A stretch of DNA of 64,000 nt from an uncultured Acidobacteriota bacterium (GTDB taxonomy: Bacteria; Acidobacteriota; Terriglobia; UBA7540): assembly GCA_963804995.1 (NCBI GenBank), contig CAWDSK010000006.1, positions 32,001-96,000 on the forward strand. Direction: 5' to 3'. The position numbers were made by a program, and so were the translations under genes. Each line of letters starts with the position of its first letter. The stretch's first letter is position 1. This document shows positions 29,913 to 41,277 of the stretch, piece by piece. The notes under the pieces were generated by a model. That model saw nothing but the letters and a program-made list of their open reading frames with translations. It made no database searches and had not been told where the DNA came from.

Positions 29913-31640
29913 TCAGCTAAAGGCGTCCGCGATCATGTGAAGTGAAGTCACGCAGGTACTTAGCAGGTCTCTTCCCTGCATTACGAATGGCAAAGCTCTG
30001 TCAACCCGAGCAAGTTCATAGGCTTCGTCGAGGTCCTTGCTAGCGACATGCGCATCTGCAAGCCTGAGGTTGTAGATGCCATGTAAGGGGCCGAGTAAGG
30101 CGCGCGCCGGCTGGTCCCCTGTTAGGGTGGCGAGAACCTTTTCGAGTGACTTTAGGGAACCCCGGATCTCTTTGGGCGGAGGCGGCACGATCTTGTGAAG
30201 AACTGCCGTATCAATGTGCTCAACAACGACGCGCACTAGGTCTTTCGCCAGACCATAGAGACCCGACGTGGTCAGAGCCCTGAAGCGGTGGCAAGGTTTG
30301 AAGGCCTCCTCGGGGTCGAACGAACGGAACAGCGGTACTCGGAACCGGTTCACGAACGCATCGTTCAGCGTTGCGACGCCGATGGAAAGAAACGGCTCCG
30401 GTGGTTGAGTGTCCGCGGGCACTCCCTGTGCCTGCGCCGAAAATAACTCCTCGCAAACCTTACCTTCTGGGCTTACGTTGAACCCGGCCCAAACGCGCTG
30501 GAGCCATTCCGGAAGAAATGCGACATCCTTGGCGTATGCGTTCACCAGTCCGAGGTTGTTGACGCCGAAGGGGATGTATCCATGCGGCCATCCACTCACG
30601 CCGCCCGTTTCCCTGGTGTACCACCGCAACGCTCCACCGCGCCGCTCCGCCAGAGCAGGTATTACATCCGGCCTGAACCATAACCACCTGCCACTTTCCT
30701 TCAAAATCTCGGCTGTTTGCTTTTCGCCTGCTGCATCGACTGTAAACGAGATTACCGAATCTGATTTGTCGCGGCGAATGCGGATGCTCCGTGCCCCAGG
30801 CTCAATCCACTCGTCGCGCCAGACCTCGCCAACAACGCGAAACAACTTTCGCCCTTGTGAAAGCTTCCGCGTGAAAGTAGAGGACGCCATCTCGTCGGAA
30901 CTTCCGATTTGTGGCACGTCCTCACCGAAGTCAAGGTTGGGTCGAGTCATGTGCACGACTGCCATTGAACCGCCAAACTCGTGTCCCCCTTCGTGTATCT
31001 CCTGAATGCGGCCCTCCCACCGCTCACCATTCTTGTATGCACCGTCCGGTTTGGGCCACTCAAATTCCGGCTTTGATTCGACAACTTCTTCACGCTCCCG
31101 GTACCAAGAGACGAGAAGTGCCATTCGTCTTGCGCACAAGTAGTCCTTAAGGTGGTCGGCGCGCACCTCGAGCAGGCTCGGCCGGCCCTCGTTGTCCACT
31201 CTCATTCGGACCACTTCGATGTAGTCCTCGTCCATCGCGACCCAGATGTTTCCCTCCCGCTTCAGGCCAAGCGTGACCACAAAGTCCTGGTGGATGTGCC
31301 AGGTTGGCGGGTCAATGGAATTGCCACGCTGCGACAAAACTAATGGGATCGCTCCCTTAAGCGAACTGTGTCCTTGCTCATCCGCTGCTACGTAACGACG
31401 ACGCTCTACATAGCCTCCGTGATCATGCGAAATGCCAATATCCATCCAGCCCAAGGTCTCGGCTGCGGCGCGTTTTCTTTGCGGAACCGCAAGCGACCCC
31501 GCCCCGAAGAACTCTGATTTGTACCCGAGATATCCTCGCCTGCCTTCTCCGATTCTTTGGCTTGCACGGAGTGGGATCCATACTGCGCCATCGAAGCGAC
31601 GCCTGCGGATTACCGCCATTTCGAACCATTCTTTTTCCAT
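29913..31640 (-). CDS. Hypothetical 575-aa protein with C-terminal HEPN-like RX4H motif
   Basis: Long standalone ORF; helical C-terminus GSLKSLEKVL...LHGIYNLRLADAH. Confidence 0.7.
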   Translation of the reverse strand: MEKEWFEMAVIRRRRFDGAVWIPLRASQRIGEGRRGYLGYKSEFFGAGSLAVPQRKRAAAETLGWMDIGISHDHGGYVERRRYVAADEQGHSSLKGAIPLVLSQRGNSIDPPTWHIHQDFVVTLGLKREGNIWVAMDEDYIEVVRMRVDNEGRPSLLEVRADHLKDYLCARRMALLVSWYREREEVVESKPEFEWPKPDGAYKNGERWEGRIQEIHEGGHEFGGSMAVVHMTRPNLDFGEDVPQIGSSDEMASSTFTRKLSQGRKLFRVVGEVWRDEWIEPGARSIRIRRDKSDSVISFTVDAAGEKQTAEILKESGRWLWFRPDVIPALAERRGGALRWYTRETGGVSGWPHGYIPFGVNNLGLVNAYAKDVAFLPEWLQRVWAGFNVSPEGKVCEELFSAQAQGVPADTQPPEPFLSIGVATLNDAFVNRFRVPLFRSFDPEEAFKPCHRFRALTTSGLYGLAKDLVRVVVEHIDTAVLHKIVPPPPKEIRGSLKSLEKVLATLTGDQPARALLGPLHGIYNLRLADAHVASKDLDEAYELARVDRALPFVMQGRDLLSTCVTSLHMIADAFS

Positions 31641-32144
31641 AGCTCAAGTGTCTTTCGGAGCACCGTTCGGGACCGTACTACAGTCCAGCATGCTATCTCG
31701 CGCACGCCAACTCCCGCATGAGTGCATCGACAAAAAATGCAAGATTTGCACGAGTGCAGAGGTCGGCCCACTGACCCTTCGAGTATACCGAAAAATCGCC
31801 CCGCCGAAACAGAGGTCAGACTGTTGCAGATGTCTGTTTAGACGGAGGTTCAGTTAAGCTTGTACGGCGATCGCAGAAATGCAGGTTCTACTTGGCCCTA
31901 TAATGCCCTTTACGCCGATGTGGCGCGGTGCTTCCGGTCGCATTGTCGGCCACCCGGAAGTTACACCGACTGCGGACTCGAGATCCTGCCTGGTCGCCTG
32001 GTGTTTACCGACCACCCCGCGGGGCTGATTCGAAGTTCTGCCACGTCGTACTCGGGAACAAGTCTTTATTTAGGTTAACGCCTATGGGCCGCTGCCCAGG
32101 GTGGCTCGAAAAGTCCGATAGCTGGAACTTACACAAACCGCTCG

Positions 32145-33252
32145 CTACTTGCTGCTGACCACCCCGCGTCGTGAGAGCAGGTAAGACTGGATCAAGGGGT
32201 CCAGATCCCCTTCCAGCACGCGATCCGCGTCGCCAATCTCCAATTTCGTCCGATGGTCTTTCACCAGCCGATACGGGTGCAGCACGTAGGAGCGAATCTG
32301 GCTGCCGAAGTCGATGTCCGCCTTGGAAGCCTCCAACTTATCCGCCACTTCCCGTCGCTTGCGCAACTCCAGCTCGTAAAGTCGCGAGCGCAGAAACTTC
32401 ATGGCCACTTCGCGATTGCGGTGTTGCGAGCGCTCGTTCTGGCACTGGGCCACGGTTCCGGTAGGAATATGGGTAACGCGTACCGCCGAATCCGTCGTGT
32501 TCACGTGCTGGCCGCCCTTCCCGCCGGAGCGGTAGGTGTCCACACGGATTTCGTCGGGCTTGATCTCAATCTGGATCGACTCATCGATCTCAGGGCTGAC
32601 GAAGACCGAAGCGAAGGAGGTGTGCCGCCGCTGATTCGCGTCGAAAGGCGAAATCCGCACCAGCCGATGCACCCCGCTTTCCCCGTGCAACAATCCGTAG
32701 GAATACTCCCCTTCCACGGTAAAGGTCGCGGATTTCAGCCCCGCTTCGTCCCCGGGCTGATAATCGTTCAAGGTGAACTTGAAGCCACGCTGTTCCGCCC
32801 AGCGCCGGTACATGCGCAGCAGCATGTCAGCCCAGTCCTGCGATTCCGTGCCCCCTGCGCCGGGATGGATGGTGACAATGGCGTTCAGGTGATCGGTTTC
32901 ACCGCTAAGGAGCGTTGCCGTTTCCAGGCGGTCCACTTCCTGCCGGAGCGCGTTCAGGTCGGTGCGCAGCTCCGCGGTGATGTTCTCCCCTTCGCGCAGC
33001 AACTCGAAATACGTCTCCGTGTCGGCCAGGCGGCGCGCCAGCTTCTCATCGCTCTCCAGTATTTCCTGGAGACGCTTGCGCGCCGTCATGATCTTTTGGG
33101 AGGCTTCCTGATCCTGCCAGATGTTGCCTTCGGCGATTTGCTTCTCGAGGGCTTCCATTTCCTTGCGGCGTTGGGGAGCGTCAAAGAAAACTCCGGAGGT
33201 CAGCGCTACGCTTCTTGAGTTCGTCAAATTCCCGTTGCAGTTCTTCGATCAC
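32145..33252 (-). CDS. prfB: Peptide chain release factor 2 (programmed +1 frameshift)
   Basis: GTG at 33252, 23 codons to CTT TGA C (33186-33180) preceded by an internal SD-like CGGAG. SPF and GGQ motifs in the +1 frame. Confidence 0.97.
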
Positions 33253-33305
33253 GATTACTCCTTGACAAGGGTTAATAAGCGCGCATAAACCCTCATAAAC
33301 TGTCA

Positions 33306-34930
33306 CTAGCGTTCAGATTTCACTCCGTAGGGTGTACAGCCAAGAATCAAACCCGCCATCGCCGCCGCGAGCCACGCGAACACATCCCCGTGGGCCGAAT
33401 AGAAGGTCTGGCGCGACTCAAAGTTGAAGTGCGCAGGCATCACCATCTGCCGATGTCGCGGGATTTGCTGTGTCACCCGGCCGTAAGGGTCGATCCGTAC
33501 GGTTATGCCGTCGTTGGTAGCCCTCAGCAGGTAGCGATGGTTTTCGATAGCGCGCAGCCGGGCCATTTCCAAATGCTGGTACGCCGCCGCGGTTTCGCCG
33601 TACCACCCGTCATTCGAGATATTCACCAGCACGCCCGCGCCCGCCGCCGTCAGTTTCCGAGCGAGTTGCGGGATGATCGCCTCGTAGCAGATCATGACGC
33701 CCACGCCCCCCGCCGGCGTCTTCGCCACCGAGTAACTCGAACCCGGAACGAAGTTCCCCACCTCCGACGTGATCTTTTCCACCAGCCCGGGGAGCGCCCA
33801 GAACGGAACATACTCACCGAAGGGCACCAAATGAATTTTATCATACCGTGACACTTCGTGCCCCTGGGGGTCGAGAGTGATGGCGCTATTGGTAATCGAC
33901 TTATCGGCTAAATCGAGTGGAATGACACTGTTAGCTATAACATAGGCGTGCGCCTGCCGCGCCAGATTCTCCAAAGCGTTGCGAAAGACCGGGTCGCGGG
34001 TGAAATAGAAGGGCGCGGGATTCTCCGCCCAAATCATGAGGGGTGGTGAAGCTGCAGTCGCGCTGGTGGTAACGGCTCGTTCTTCGACAGATCGGGGTTT
34101 TGATCGACCGCAGAAAGGCTGAGTTGGACGAGTTGCTGAAGCTTGGTGGGATCGCGCCAGGGCGCCCAGGCCTCCAGCAACTTATCGTCTAACGGCACGT
34201 TCGGCTGCACCAGGAAAGCCAATTCCCGGCCCGCGGGTTCAGGAGGCGGCAACAGTTTCCACTGGGCGAACAACAACAGCACAACCCAGCACGCCACGCT
34301 GACGCAGACCGCCAGGCGTCCACGCGAAAGCAACATCCAAGCCAGGCGCGCGCTTGTCGCGACAGCGAGGAATGAAAGTCCATACACGCCAGTGACGGAG
34401 GCCACCTGCCGCAAGCCGGAAGCCTGCATGGCATAGCCGAGAAGGTTCCAGGGGAAACCCGTGATCAGGTAGGTTCGCGCCAGCTCCATCGCCACCCACA
34501 GGAAGGGACTGAGAGCCAGCGCCCAACCCGTCGAGCGGCGCGCCGCCCATCCCATGAGCAGGCCAAAGGCGCCGAAGAAGGTCGAGTCAACGATGACGAA
34601 GAGGACCAGAACACCCACCGCCACCGCGGGCGCCAGGTGCCCGTAACCTTCCATCACATCTATAAACCAATAACAGCTTCCTGCGAAAAACACGGCGCCG
34701 CATCCATACCCCAGAAGAAACGCATACTTCAGCCGCTTTTCAACGGCCAATGCCATCAGCATGGGCAGGCAAGCGACCCACACCAGACCGGGGAGATGAA
34801 TCTTGGGGAAGCACGCTACCAGTAGGAGACCACTGAGCGCGCAGGCCGCCCAGGATTTTAGATTTTGGATTTTGGATTTCGGATTTCGGACTGGAACTAC
34901 TTCGATTCCGTCATTGCTCATCGGTTGCAA
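33306..34930 (-). CDS. lnt: Apolipoprotein N-acyltransferase (frameshift near 34080-34110)
   Basis: N-half has TM helices, GFPWNLLGY and VQPN. C-half has IWAENP, YDKIHLVPFGEYVP, ICYEAI, NISNDGWYG and RAIENHR in another frame. Confidence 0.85.
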
Positions 34931-35350
34931 GCGGGAGCCCTTTTATGAGGTTTTTATGTTAGAAGCGCAGTTAAAGACAAACTGCGACTAACTCACCATT
35001 GCCCGCTTCTACCCGCTGCACGTCCGGCTTGACGCGGGGACTGGAATTCGGACTCGGTGTCGCATGGTGTCCCACTTTACTTTCGTACGCTCGCGACCCT
35101 TTGTAAGAAAGTGGGACTGTCCCAGTTGTTGGGCTGCGCGGGCCAGCGCGGGCGTAGTCCCACCAAATTCCCCGCCTTCATGCGTTTTCTTCCTATGACT
35201 TTTCACCTGCGGTTCCGCCGAGCAACCTACCCGCTTCCAAATTGGTTCCGGGGTGCCCCCCTCACGCGTCCCGGCTGATGAGTACGCCGGCGGTGGTCCG
35301 CGCTATTCACTCCTCCGCACCCTCCGTATTCAATCCAAAATCCATAATAG

Positions 35351-35977
35351 TCAGTGCCGGATAAAGGGTTTGAAGCCTTCCTGGGCAAGCTTGGCGCGGA
35401 CCTTTTCGGCGTCGTCACGAGTCTTGAAGGGGCCCACCTGCACGCGGAAAAGATTGTCATCTGCGTGCGCGTATTCGGGCGCCACCAGAAAGACCGGATA
35501 GCCCCGCCCCTTCAGGATGCCGACCAGTGCTTCCGCATCCTGCTTGGTGCGCAACGCGGCGACCTGCAGCGTAATGCCCTCTCCCACTTCGCCCGGAGTG
35601 GCGGCGGCCGCAGGCTGCGGACTCGCTGGGGCTTTCGCCGCTGGTGAAGCGGGGGTCACGGGTTGCGGCGCCGAAGCAGTCCCGGCCGGCCCTTTCGTTG
35701 CGGGCGGCGTCACGCCGGCGTCCGGGGCGGGGTTCGTCTGTCCGGCAGGCGCCACGGGAGGCGTAACCTGCGCACTCTCCGCCGGCGGGATTACGGTAGG
35801 TGGAATGACCGTGGGCGCGGTGACAACCTCCGTCTTAGGCGTCGAAGAGGAGAATCGCTCGTTGTAACCCACCATGAATCCCATCGAAAAGAAAACTGCG
35901 CAAGTTGCGACGCACGCGAGAAAAATGAGGATCAAGTACCGCGCGGAATGTCCTCTCTCCTCCTGCTCTCGCACCAT
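35351..35977 (-). CDS. SPOR domain-containing cell division protein
   Basis: TM anchor, Pro/Ala-rich linker, C-terminal LQVAAL...FRVQVGPFKTRDDAEK. Confidence 0.85.
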   Translation of the reverse strand: MVREQEERGHSARYLILIFLACVATCAVFFSMGFMVGYNERFSSSTPKTEVVTAPTVIPPTVIPPAESAQVTPPVAPAGQTNPAPDAGVTPPATKGPAGTASAPQPVTPASPAAKAPASPQPAAAATPGEVGEGITLQVAALRTKQDAEALVGILKGRGYPVFLVAPEYAHADDNLFRVQVGPFKTRDDAEKVRAKLAQEGFKPFIRH

Positions 35978-36031
35978 CGTGGTCACCGTGGACCTCCTGA
36001 TTCGCAAGATGGCGATGAGAAATCGCTTCGG

Positions 36032-36243
36032 CTAATGGTTTTTGAATTCCTGGAATTCTCAAACGCCCACGTGACCCCTCACCCGTCCCGCACCGGCTGA
36101 TGAAAACGCCGGCTGCGGTCCACCCTCTGTCGCCGCGGCGACCGAGGGTGTAAGTTCAACTCTCCCCTCGCCCCCTTGGGGGAGAGGGGCCGGGGGTGAG
36201 GAGGTTCTCTACTAATCAGCGAACTTCTAACTCAGGACACTAG
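36032..36243. mobile_element. MITE A (degenerate, with REP-like internal hairpins)
   Basis: Internal CCCCTCACCCGTC...CTCCCCTCGCCCCCTTGGGGGAGAGGGGCCGGGGGTGAGG as in MITE C. Right end AACTCAGGACACTAG; left end degenerate. Confidence 0.5.
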
Positions 36244-36339
36244 TACTTGCTTGGATTAATTCGCGCATTTTTAAGTCGTTGAAATCAAAGTGCGACCAAC
36301 AGCCAGTTACGTACGCTAATTAAGTCAAGCAAGTACTAG
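36240..36339. mobile_element. MITE B (100 bp)
   Basis: TIRs CTAGTACTTGCTTGGATTAATT / AATTAAGTCAAGCAAGTACTAG (20 of 22 match). Confidence 0.7.
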
Positions 36340-36546
36340 TGTGGTGTCCCGTGCTAGAGTTGACAATGGGCAGAACCCCCTCACCCGTCTGGCCTCGGCT
36401 GATGAGAACGCCTCGGCCAGCCACCCTCTCCCCCAAAGGGGCGAGGGCAAGAGAATTAACTCTCCCCTCGCCCCTTTGGGGGAGAGGGGCTGGGGGGTGA
36501 GGGGGTCGGACAGCCTTGTCAAATATTAACCGGGACACCACACTAA
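36336..36546. mobile_element. MITE C copy 1
   Basis: Perfect 15-bp TIR TAGTGTGGTGTCCCG / CGGGACACCACACTA; near-identical inverted copy at 50831-51041. Confidence 0.85.
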
Positions 36547-37319
36547 CTCTTCGCGTCCTCGCCGGGTTTCAGAGGAAGCCCCACTTTGCCGAGTAGAGCC
36601 GACAGTAACTCGACTGGAACCGGGAAGACTACGGTGGTGTTCTTTTCGGTCCCGATCTCAACTAACGTCTGGAGATATCGCAAGGTGATGGCCACGGGTT
36701 CCTTGGCGATGACGTTGGCGGCTTCGGCAAGTTTCGCGGACGCCTGATACTCGGCGTCGGCGTGGATGATCTTCGCCCGGCGCTCGCGCTCGGCTTCGGC
36801 CTGCGCGGCGATGGCGCGCTGCATTTCCTGCGGCAAGTCCACCTGGCGCACTTCCACCTTAGTTACCTTGATGCCCCAGGGCTCCGTGTGCTCGTCCAGG
36901 ATGGATTGCAGCCGGCTGTTGAGCTTTTCACGCTGGGAGAGCAAATCGTCCAGCTCCACTTCGCCCAACACCGAGCGCAAAGTGGTTTGCGCCAACTGCT
37001 CAACGGCATAACGGTAGTTTTCGAGCTCCACGAACGCCTGCTGCGCGCTGATCACGCGGAAATACACGACCGCGTTGACTTTCAGTGAAACGTTATCCCG
37101 GGTGATGATGTCTTGGGGGGGCATATCCCACGCCACCACGCGGAGAGAAACCCGGACCAGCTTATCAATGGGCCAGAGGATAAAGATCAGCCCCGGCCCC
37201 TTATCCGGCTTCTGGAGCCGTCCCAGGCGGAAGATCACCGCCCGCTCATACTCCCTCATCACGTTCAAACACGCTGAAACCCACATGAAAATAATAACCA
37301 CCACGACGATGTAGCCCAT
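36543..37319 (-). CDS. SPFH/slipin (stomatin-like) protein
   Basis: [50 protein letters not shown]. Confidence 0.93.
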   Translation of the reverse strand: MGYIVVVVIIFMWVSACLNVMREYERAVIFRLGRLQKPDKGPGLIFILWPIDKLVRVSLRVVAWDMPPQDIITRDNVSLKVNAVVYFRVISAQQAFVELENYRYAVEQLAQTTLRSVLGEVELDDLLSQREKLNSRLQSILDEHTEPWGIKVTKVEVRQVDLPQEMQRAIAAQAEAERERRAKIIHADAEYQASAKLAEAANVIAKEPVAITLRYLQTLVEIGTEKNTTVVFPVPVELLSALLGKVGLPLKPGEDAKS

Positions 37320-37373
37320 TTGAAGCTCCTTTCCGCCTTCTGCCTTCTGCCTACTGCCTTCTGCGTCCGCAGT

Positions 37374-38690
37374 CTACCGGGATTCCGGCGCTATCTCAAC
37401 CTCTAAGGTCAAGCCCTCAATTTTGCGCACGCGAACTCGGGCGCCCTGGGGGATTTTCTCGCTTGCGTGAGCCCCCCACAATTCGCCACGCACCATGACT
37501 TTCCCCGCCGGATCGAGGTCGGTTTGCGCCACACCCACTAAACCGATCATTCCCGCCTCGCCCGTAACCGCTTTGCGCAGCTTCGCAGCAATGGCAAAGC
37601 GCACCAGGATAACGGTAATGAATCCCAAGGGCAGCGCCACACTCAGGGCGGTGGAAAGATGAATGCGCGCCTCGGGCCAGGGTGACTTGATCAGAATCAG
37701 GGCCCCCAGCACCATCGCCACGATCCCACCCACCGCCAGCACGCCATGCGAAGAGAGATTAGCTTCGAGCGCGAACAGAACCAGGGCGGTGAGAATCAGC
37801 AGCGCGCCCGCATAATTAATGGGTAGGAGGTTGAAGGCATAAAGCGCCAGAACCAGGGAAATGGCGCCCACTACTCCAGGAGCCACCATGCCGGGATGCG
37901 TGAACTCAATGTACAAACACAAGACCCCGATCGCACCCAGGATGAAGGCGATATTGGGGTCGGCTACCCAAGCGAGAAAAGCCTCGAACCTCAACATCGT
38001 GTAGGGCTCAACCTCCGCGTTGGTCAAGCGCAGCGTCGTAGTGGCGCCGTTGAATCGTGCGACCGCCTTGCCGTCATATTTCGCAAAGATATCCGCGGGT
38101 GAACCGGCAATCGCATCGATCAGCTTGTCGTCGAGGGCTTCCTTATCGCTAAAAGAGGAGCTCTTGCGGACCGCCTCCTCTGCCAGTTGCACATTGCGGC
38201 CGCGTTTCTGGGCGATGGAACGAATGTAGGCCGCAGCGTCGTTTTCGATCTTCTCTTCCATGGTCTTGCCGATATCCGATCCACCCAGAAGGACCGGATG
38301 AGCTGCGCCGGCGTTGGTGCCTGGAGCCATCACGGCCAGGTCGCCCGCCAAAAGGACGAAGAAGCCCGCCGACGCCGCGCTTCCCCCACTGGGCGCCACA
38401 TAAGTGATCACGGGAACGCGCGAATCGTAGATGGCCTGGATGATGTCCCGCATGGAGGTCATCAGCCCGCCGGGCGTGTTCAATTCCAGCAGGACAGCGT
38501 CGGCGTTCTGCTGATTGGCGTGACGAATTCCCTCCACCACGTACTCCGCGCTCACCTGGTGAATCATCATGTCGAGATGGATCAACACCACCCGTGGCCG
38601 GGGGCGATCCGCACGCACGGGATTGGAAGATAACGCAGCGGCAAGAAATACCCCGAGTAAGAGTGCACCACGAAACATTTTGGCGTTCAA
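37374..38690 (-). CDS. nfeD: NfeD membrane-bound serine protease
   Basis: LNTPGG, AASAG, GAAHPV, TM region and C-terminal OB fold; paired with the SPFH gene. Confidence 0.9.
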   Translation of the reverse strand: MNAKMFRGALLLGVFLAAALSSNPVRADRPRPRVVLIHLDMMIHQVSAEYVVEGIRHANQQNADAVLLELNTPGGLMTSMRDIIQAIYDSRVPVITYVAPSGGSAASAGFFVLLAGDLAVMAPGTNAGAAHPVLLGGSDIGKTMEEKIENDAAAYIRSIAQKRGRNVQLAEEAVRKSSSFSDKEALDDKLIDAIAGSPADIFAKYDGKAVARFNGATTTLRLTNAEVEPYTMLRFEAFLAWVADPNIAFILGAIGVLCLYIEFTHPGMVAPGVVGAISLVLALYAFNLLPINYAGALLILTALVLFALEANLSSHGVLAVGGIVAMVLGALILIKSPWPEARIHLSTALSVALPLGFITVILVRFAIAAKLRKAVTGEAGMIGLVGVAQTDLDPAGKVMVRGELWGAHASEKIPQGARVRVRKIEGLTLEVEIAPESR

Positions 38691-40324
38691 GGCGTCTTCC
38701 TTGGAGACGTGGCTCCAACCTGGATTTGGTGGACCAACTGTTCAGCTTCCTGATTCTGGGGGTCGAGATCCAAAGCTCCCTGGGCCTCGGTGCGAGCCAG
38801 AGCGGGCTGGTGCAACGAGAGGTAAACACGCGCCAGGGAAAGGTGTGCTTGGGTCGAGTTCTTCAGCTTGAGGGAAGTCTGCAGTTCCCCGGCGGCCTCC
38901 TGATGTTTGCCCTCGGCCTCGAGGGTCTGAGCCAGCAACAGATGTCCCTGCGGGTCAGCCGGCATCAAGGAAACCACGTCTGCGAACTCGCGGTCAGCCT
39001 CCGCGTAGCGCTTTTCCTCGAAGAACTTTTTCCCCAGGGCCAGGTGAGCGTCGCTGTGTGCCTGGGGCGAGGCGTTGGCCAGGCGTTGCTCCAGAGCGTT
39101 GTGCAACGTCAACTCCAGCAACTGGAAGGCGCGGCCGGTATAGTTCTTCTTGATGCGCGGTTGGGGGAGCACGTCTCCCAGGCGGTCGCCCGCCGCCCCC
39201 ACTTCGTGCCCGGACATCCACTCCAACTCTCTCTGTTTCCCGGCCCCGTCTCCCAACTTCTCCAGAACCACTGCCAGCAAGATATGCGCCTCAAAATCCT
39301 CATCATTGGCGCGCACCGCCTCCTGGAGGGAGTTTGCCGCATCCTGGTAGCGTTTTTCATACCAAAGCGCCACCCCGCGATTGAAGCAGAAGTCAGGGTC
39401 AGAGGGATCGTTCTTGTAAGCTGGCTCGAAATGCGCCAAGGCCTCGTCATAGCGGCCGCGGCGGGCCTCCAAAACACCGAGGTTGTTGGAGACTTCGTTC
39501 AGGGGAAGCTGCTTCCAGAGAGATTCGAATTCCTTTTCTGAAGCCTGCTCGTGCCCCAGGAAGAATTCGTCCACGGCGCGTAGAAACAACGACTCATCGT
39601 AGCCTGTATCGGATTCCTCCAGCTTGCGCAACCATTTGGCGGAATTCGCATAGTCCTTCTGATCGAAGTAAAACCGGCCCAGAGCGAAGGCGGCCCGATC
39701 ATCCGAGGGGTCGAGGCGGTCCGACTCCTCGAAGAAATGCAGGCGGCTCGCGTCCTCCGTGGCCAACAATCCACGAATATAATTCTCGAAAGCGTCCAGG
39801 CGAATATCATGGAAAAGCCGCCGAAAATCTTCTTCCTTCCCCACGGTGAATGTGGGGTCGTGCGCAGCCAGCATGCGCCAGGCAATCTGCGTCTGGAGAT
39901 CCACCAGGTCAGCCAGGTCTCCCGAGACTTCCAAGGGGGGCGAAAGCTTCAGCCGGGGAACATCCAGAAGTTGCGTGCGGGCCGTCAAACGATTGTCGTT
40001 GACGTTGAAACTGCCGAGGACCGCCCATTCCACGCCGAGAGTTTGCGCCACCTTGAATTCACTGGCCAGGGTCAAAGCCGTGTCGATGGGAATGCCGAGC
40101 TGTGCGTAAGCGGCGTTGCGTTCGTCGCGATCCAGGGTGTAATTCTGGGGTCGCGCCAGGCGGGCGGAAACGACCTCCGCAAAGCTTTCCGAAATCCAAT
40201 TCAGATCCGAGCGGGAACTCTGATTTTCAAACGGGAAAACCAGAACGGTCCGCACCTCCGAAGAGGCCTCGAGCGGCGCAGAGCAAAACAGCAAAAGCGC
40301 AAGGAATTCAACCACTCTTCGCAT
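38687..40324 (-). CDS. Exported TPR protein
   Basis: Signal peptide, VLVFPFEN N-domain, multiple TPRs. Confidence 0.8.
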   Translation of the reverse strand: MRRVVEFLALLLFCSAPLEASSEVRTVLVFPFENQSSRSDLNWISESFAEVVSARLARPQNYTLDRDERNAAYAQLGIPIDTALTLASEFKVAQTLGVEWAVLGSFNVNDNRLTARTQLLDVPRLKLSPPLEVSGDLADLVDLQTQIAWRMLAAHDPTFTVGKEEDFRRLFHDIRLDAFENYIRGLLATEDASRLHFFEESDRLDPSDDRAAFALGRFYFDQKDYANSAKWLRKLEESDTGYDESLFLRAVDEFFLGHEQASEKEFESLWKQLPLNEVSNNLGVLEARRGRYDEALAHFEPAYKNDPSDPDFCFNRGVALWYEKRYQDAANSLQEAVRANDEDFEAHILLAVVLEKLGDGAGKQRELEWMSGHEVGAAGDRLGDVLPQPRIKKNYTGRAFQLLELTLHNALEQRLANASPQAHSDAHLALGKKFFEEKRYAEADREFADVVSLMPADPQGHLLLAQTLEAEGKHQEAAGELQTSLKLKNSTQAHLSLARVYLSLHQPALARTEAQGALDLDPQNQEAEQLVHQIQVGATSPRKTP

Positions 40325-40398
40325 GAAACCTCAACCCGACTTGATCATTATAGCATTGCGCGAAGCCGGGTCCGCCGCGCGCCCTTCGCTCCTGCTGC

Positions 40399-41217
40399 TC
40401 AATTCCGGATGGCCACGGGAGGGTTCTTCATGAGTTCGACGTAGGCCGGGTGTTGGCTGATCTTCTGGAAATCCGGGTCTCCCTCCACCCGCTTGGGGTC
40501 GGCGAAACCATCCTCGAAAGCACGCCGGAGATAACGCACCGCATCCTCGGCCCGCCCAATCGAGGCAAAAGCCTTGGCCATGTAGAAATAGAACTCCGTA
40601 TCCGACCCGCGGGCCCGGATGACGGTTCCGAGGGATGATTGCTCCGTCAAGACATTCGGGTCCAAACCCAGGGCGATGCGATATTCTTCCACAGCCTGCG
40701 GATATTCCTTCAAGTGGTAGTAGGAGGTACCCAGGTTTAAATGGAACGCCGCATCCCTCGGCCTTATCTCAAGGGCCCGATGATAGTATTTCACCGACTT
40801 TCCAAACTTGTTTTCCATGAAGAAAATCGTGCCAATGTTGTTGAAGGCTTCGGCATAATCTTTTCTTAAGTGCACCGCGTTGCTATAAGCTTTGGCGGCA
40901 GCGCGAAACTTCACCTGTTGCTGGTAAGCGATCCCCAGTTTGTTCCAAATCGTGGCATTCTTGAAGTCTGATTGCTTTAAAGCCCGGTAATAGTAGTCCG
41001 CCGCATCACCGTAGTTTTTCCTGGCCATGAAGATGTCGGCTCGATCTTCCAGACTAAGATCCCTGGAAGGGGCGGCGCGGGCCTCGGGGGTCGCCGGAAG
41101 CGCGACCTGTCCCTCGGCAGGGGTGGATGGAACCACCTGCCCTGCCCCCAGAGCGGGGTTCCCCGCGAGCAGGAGGATGGCAACAACCTGAGCCGCGGTT
41201 CGTGTTCTGACTTTCAT
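40399..41217 (-). CDS. Exported TPR protein
   Basis: WNKLGIAYQ, AFNNIGTIF and HLNLGTSYY repeats. Confidence 0.8.
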   Translation of the reverse strand: MKVRTRTAAQVVAILLLAGNPALGAGQVVPSTPAEGQVALPATPEARAAPSRDLSLEDRADIFMARKNYGDAADYYYRALKQSDFKNATIWNKLGIAYQQQVKFRAAAKAYSNAVHLRKDYAEAFNNIGTIFFMENKFGKSVKYYHRALEIRPRDAAFHLNLGTSYYHLKEYPQAVEEYRIALGLDPNVLTEQSSLGTVIRARGSDTEFYFYMAKAFASIGRAEDAVRYLRRAFEDGFADPKRVEGDPDFQKISQHPAYVELMKNPPVAIRN

Positions 41218-41277
41218 CGGTAGACCTCGCTTATGCAAGAGAATCCTCGCGGGTCCGGGCCTTGCAGTTCTGCATCC

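Noticed and set aside
35270..36420. CTGATGA motifs (35276, 36098, 36399) suggesting hammerhead ribozymes
   Set aside because: No following stem II plus GAAA core. They are loops of REP-like hairpins.
36320..36541. Small ORFs within the MITE C copies (also 50821..51142)
   Set aside because: They are translations of a non-coding palindromic repeat.
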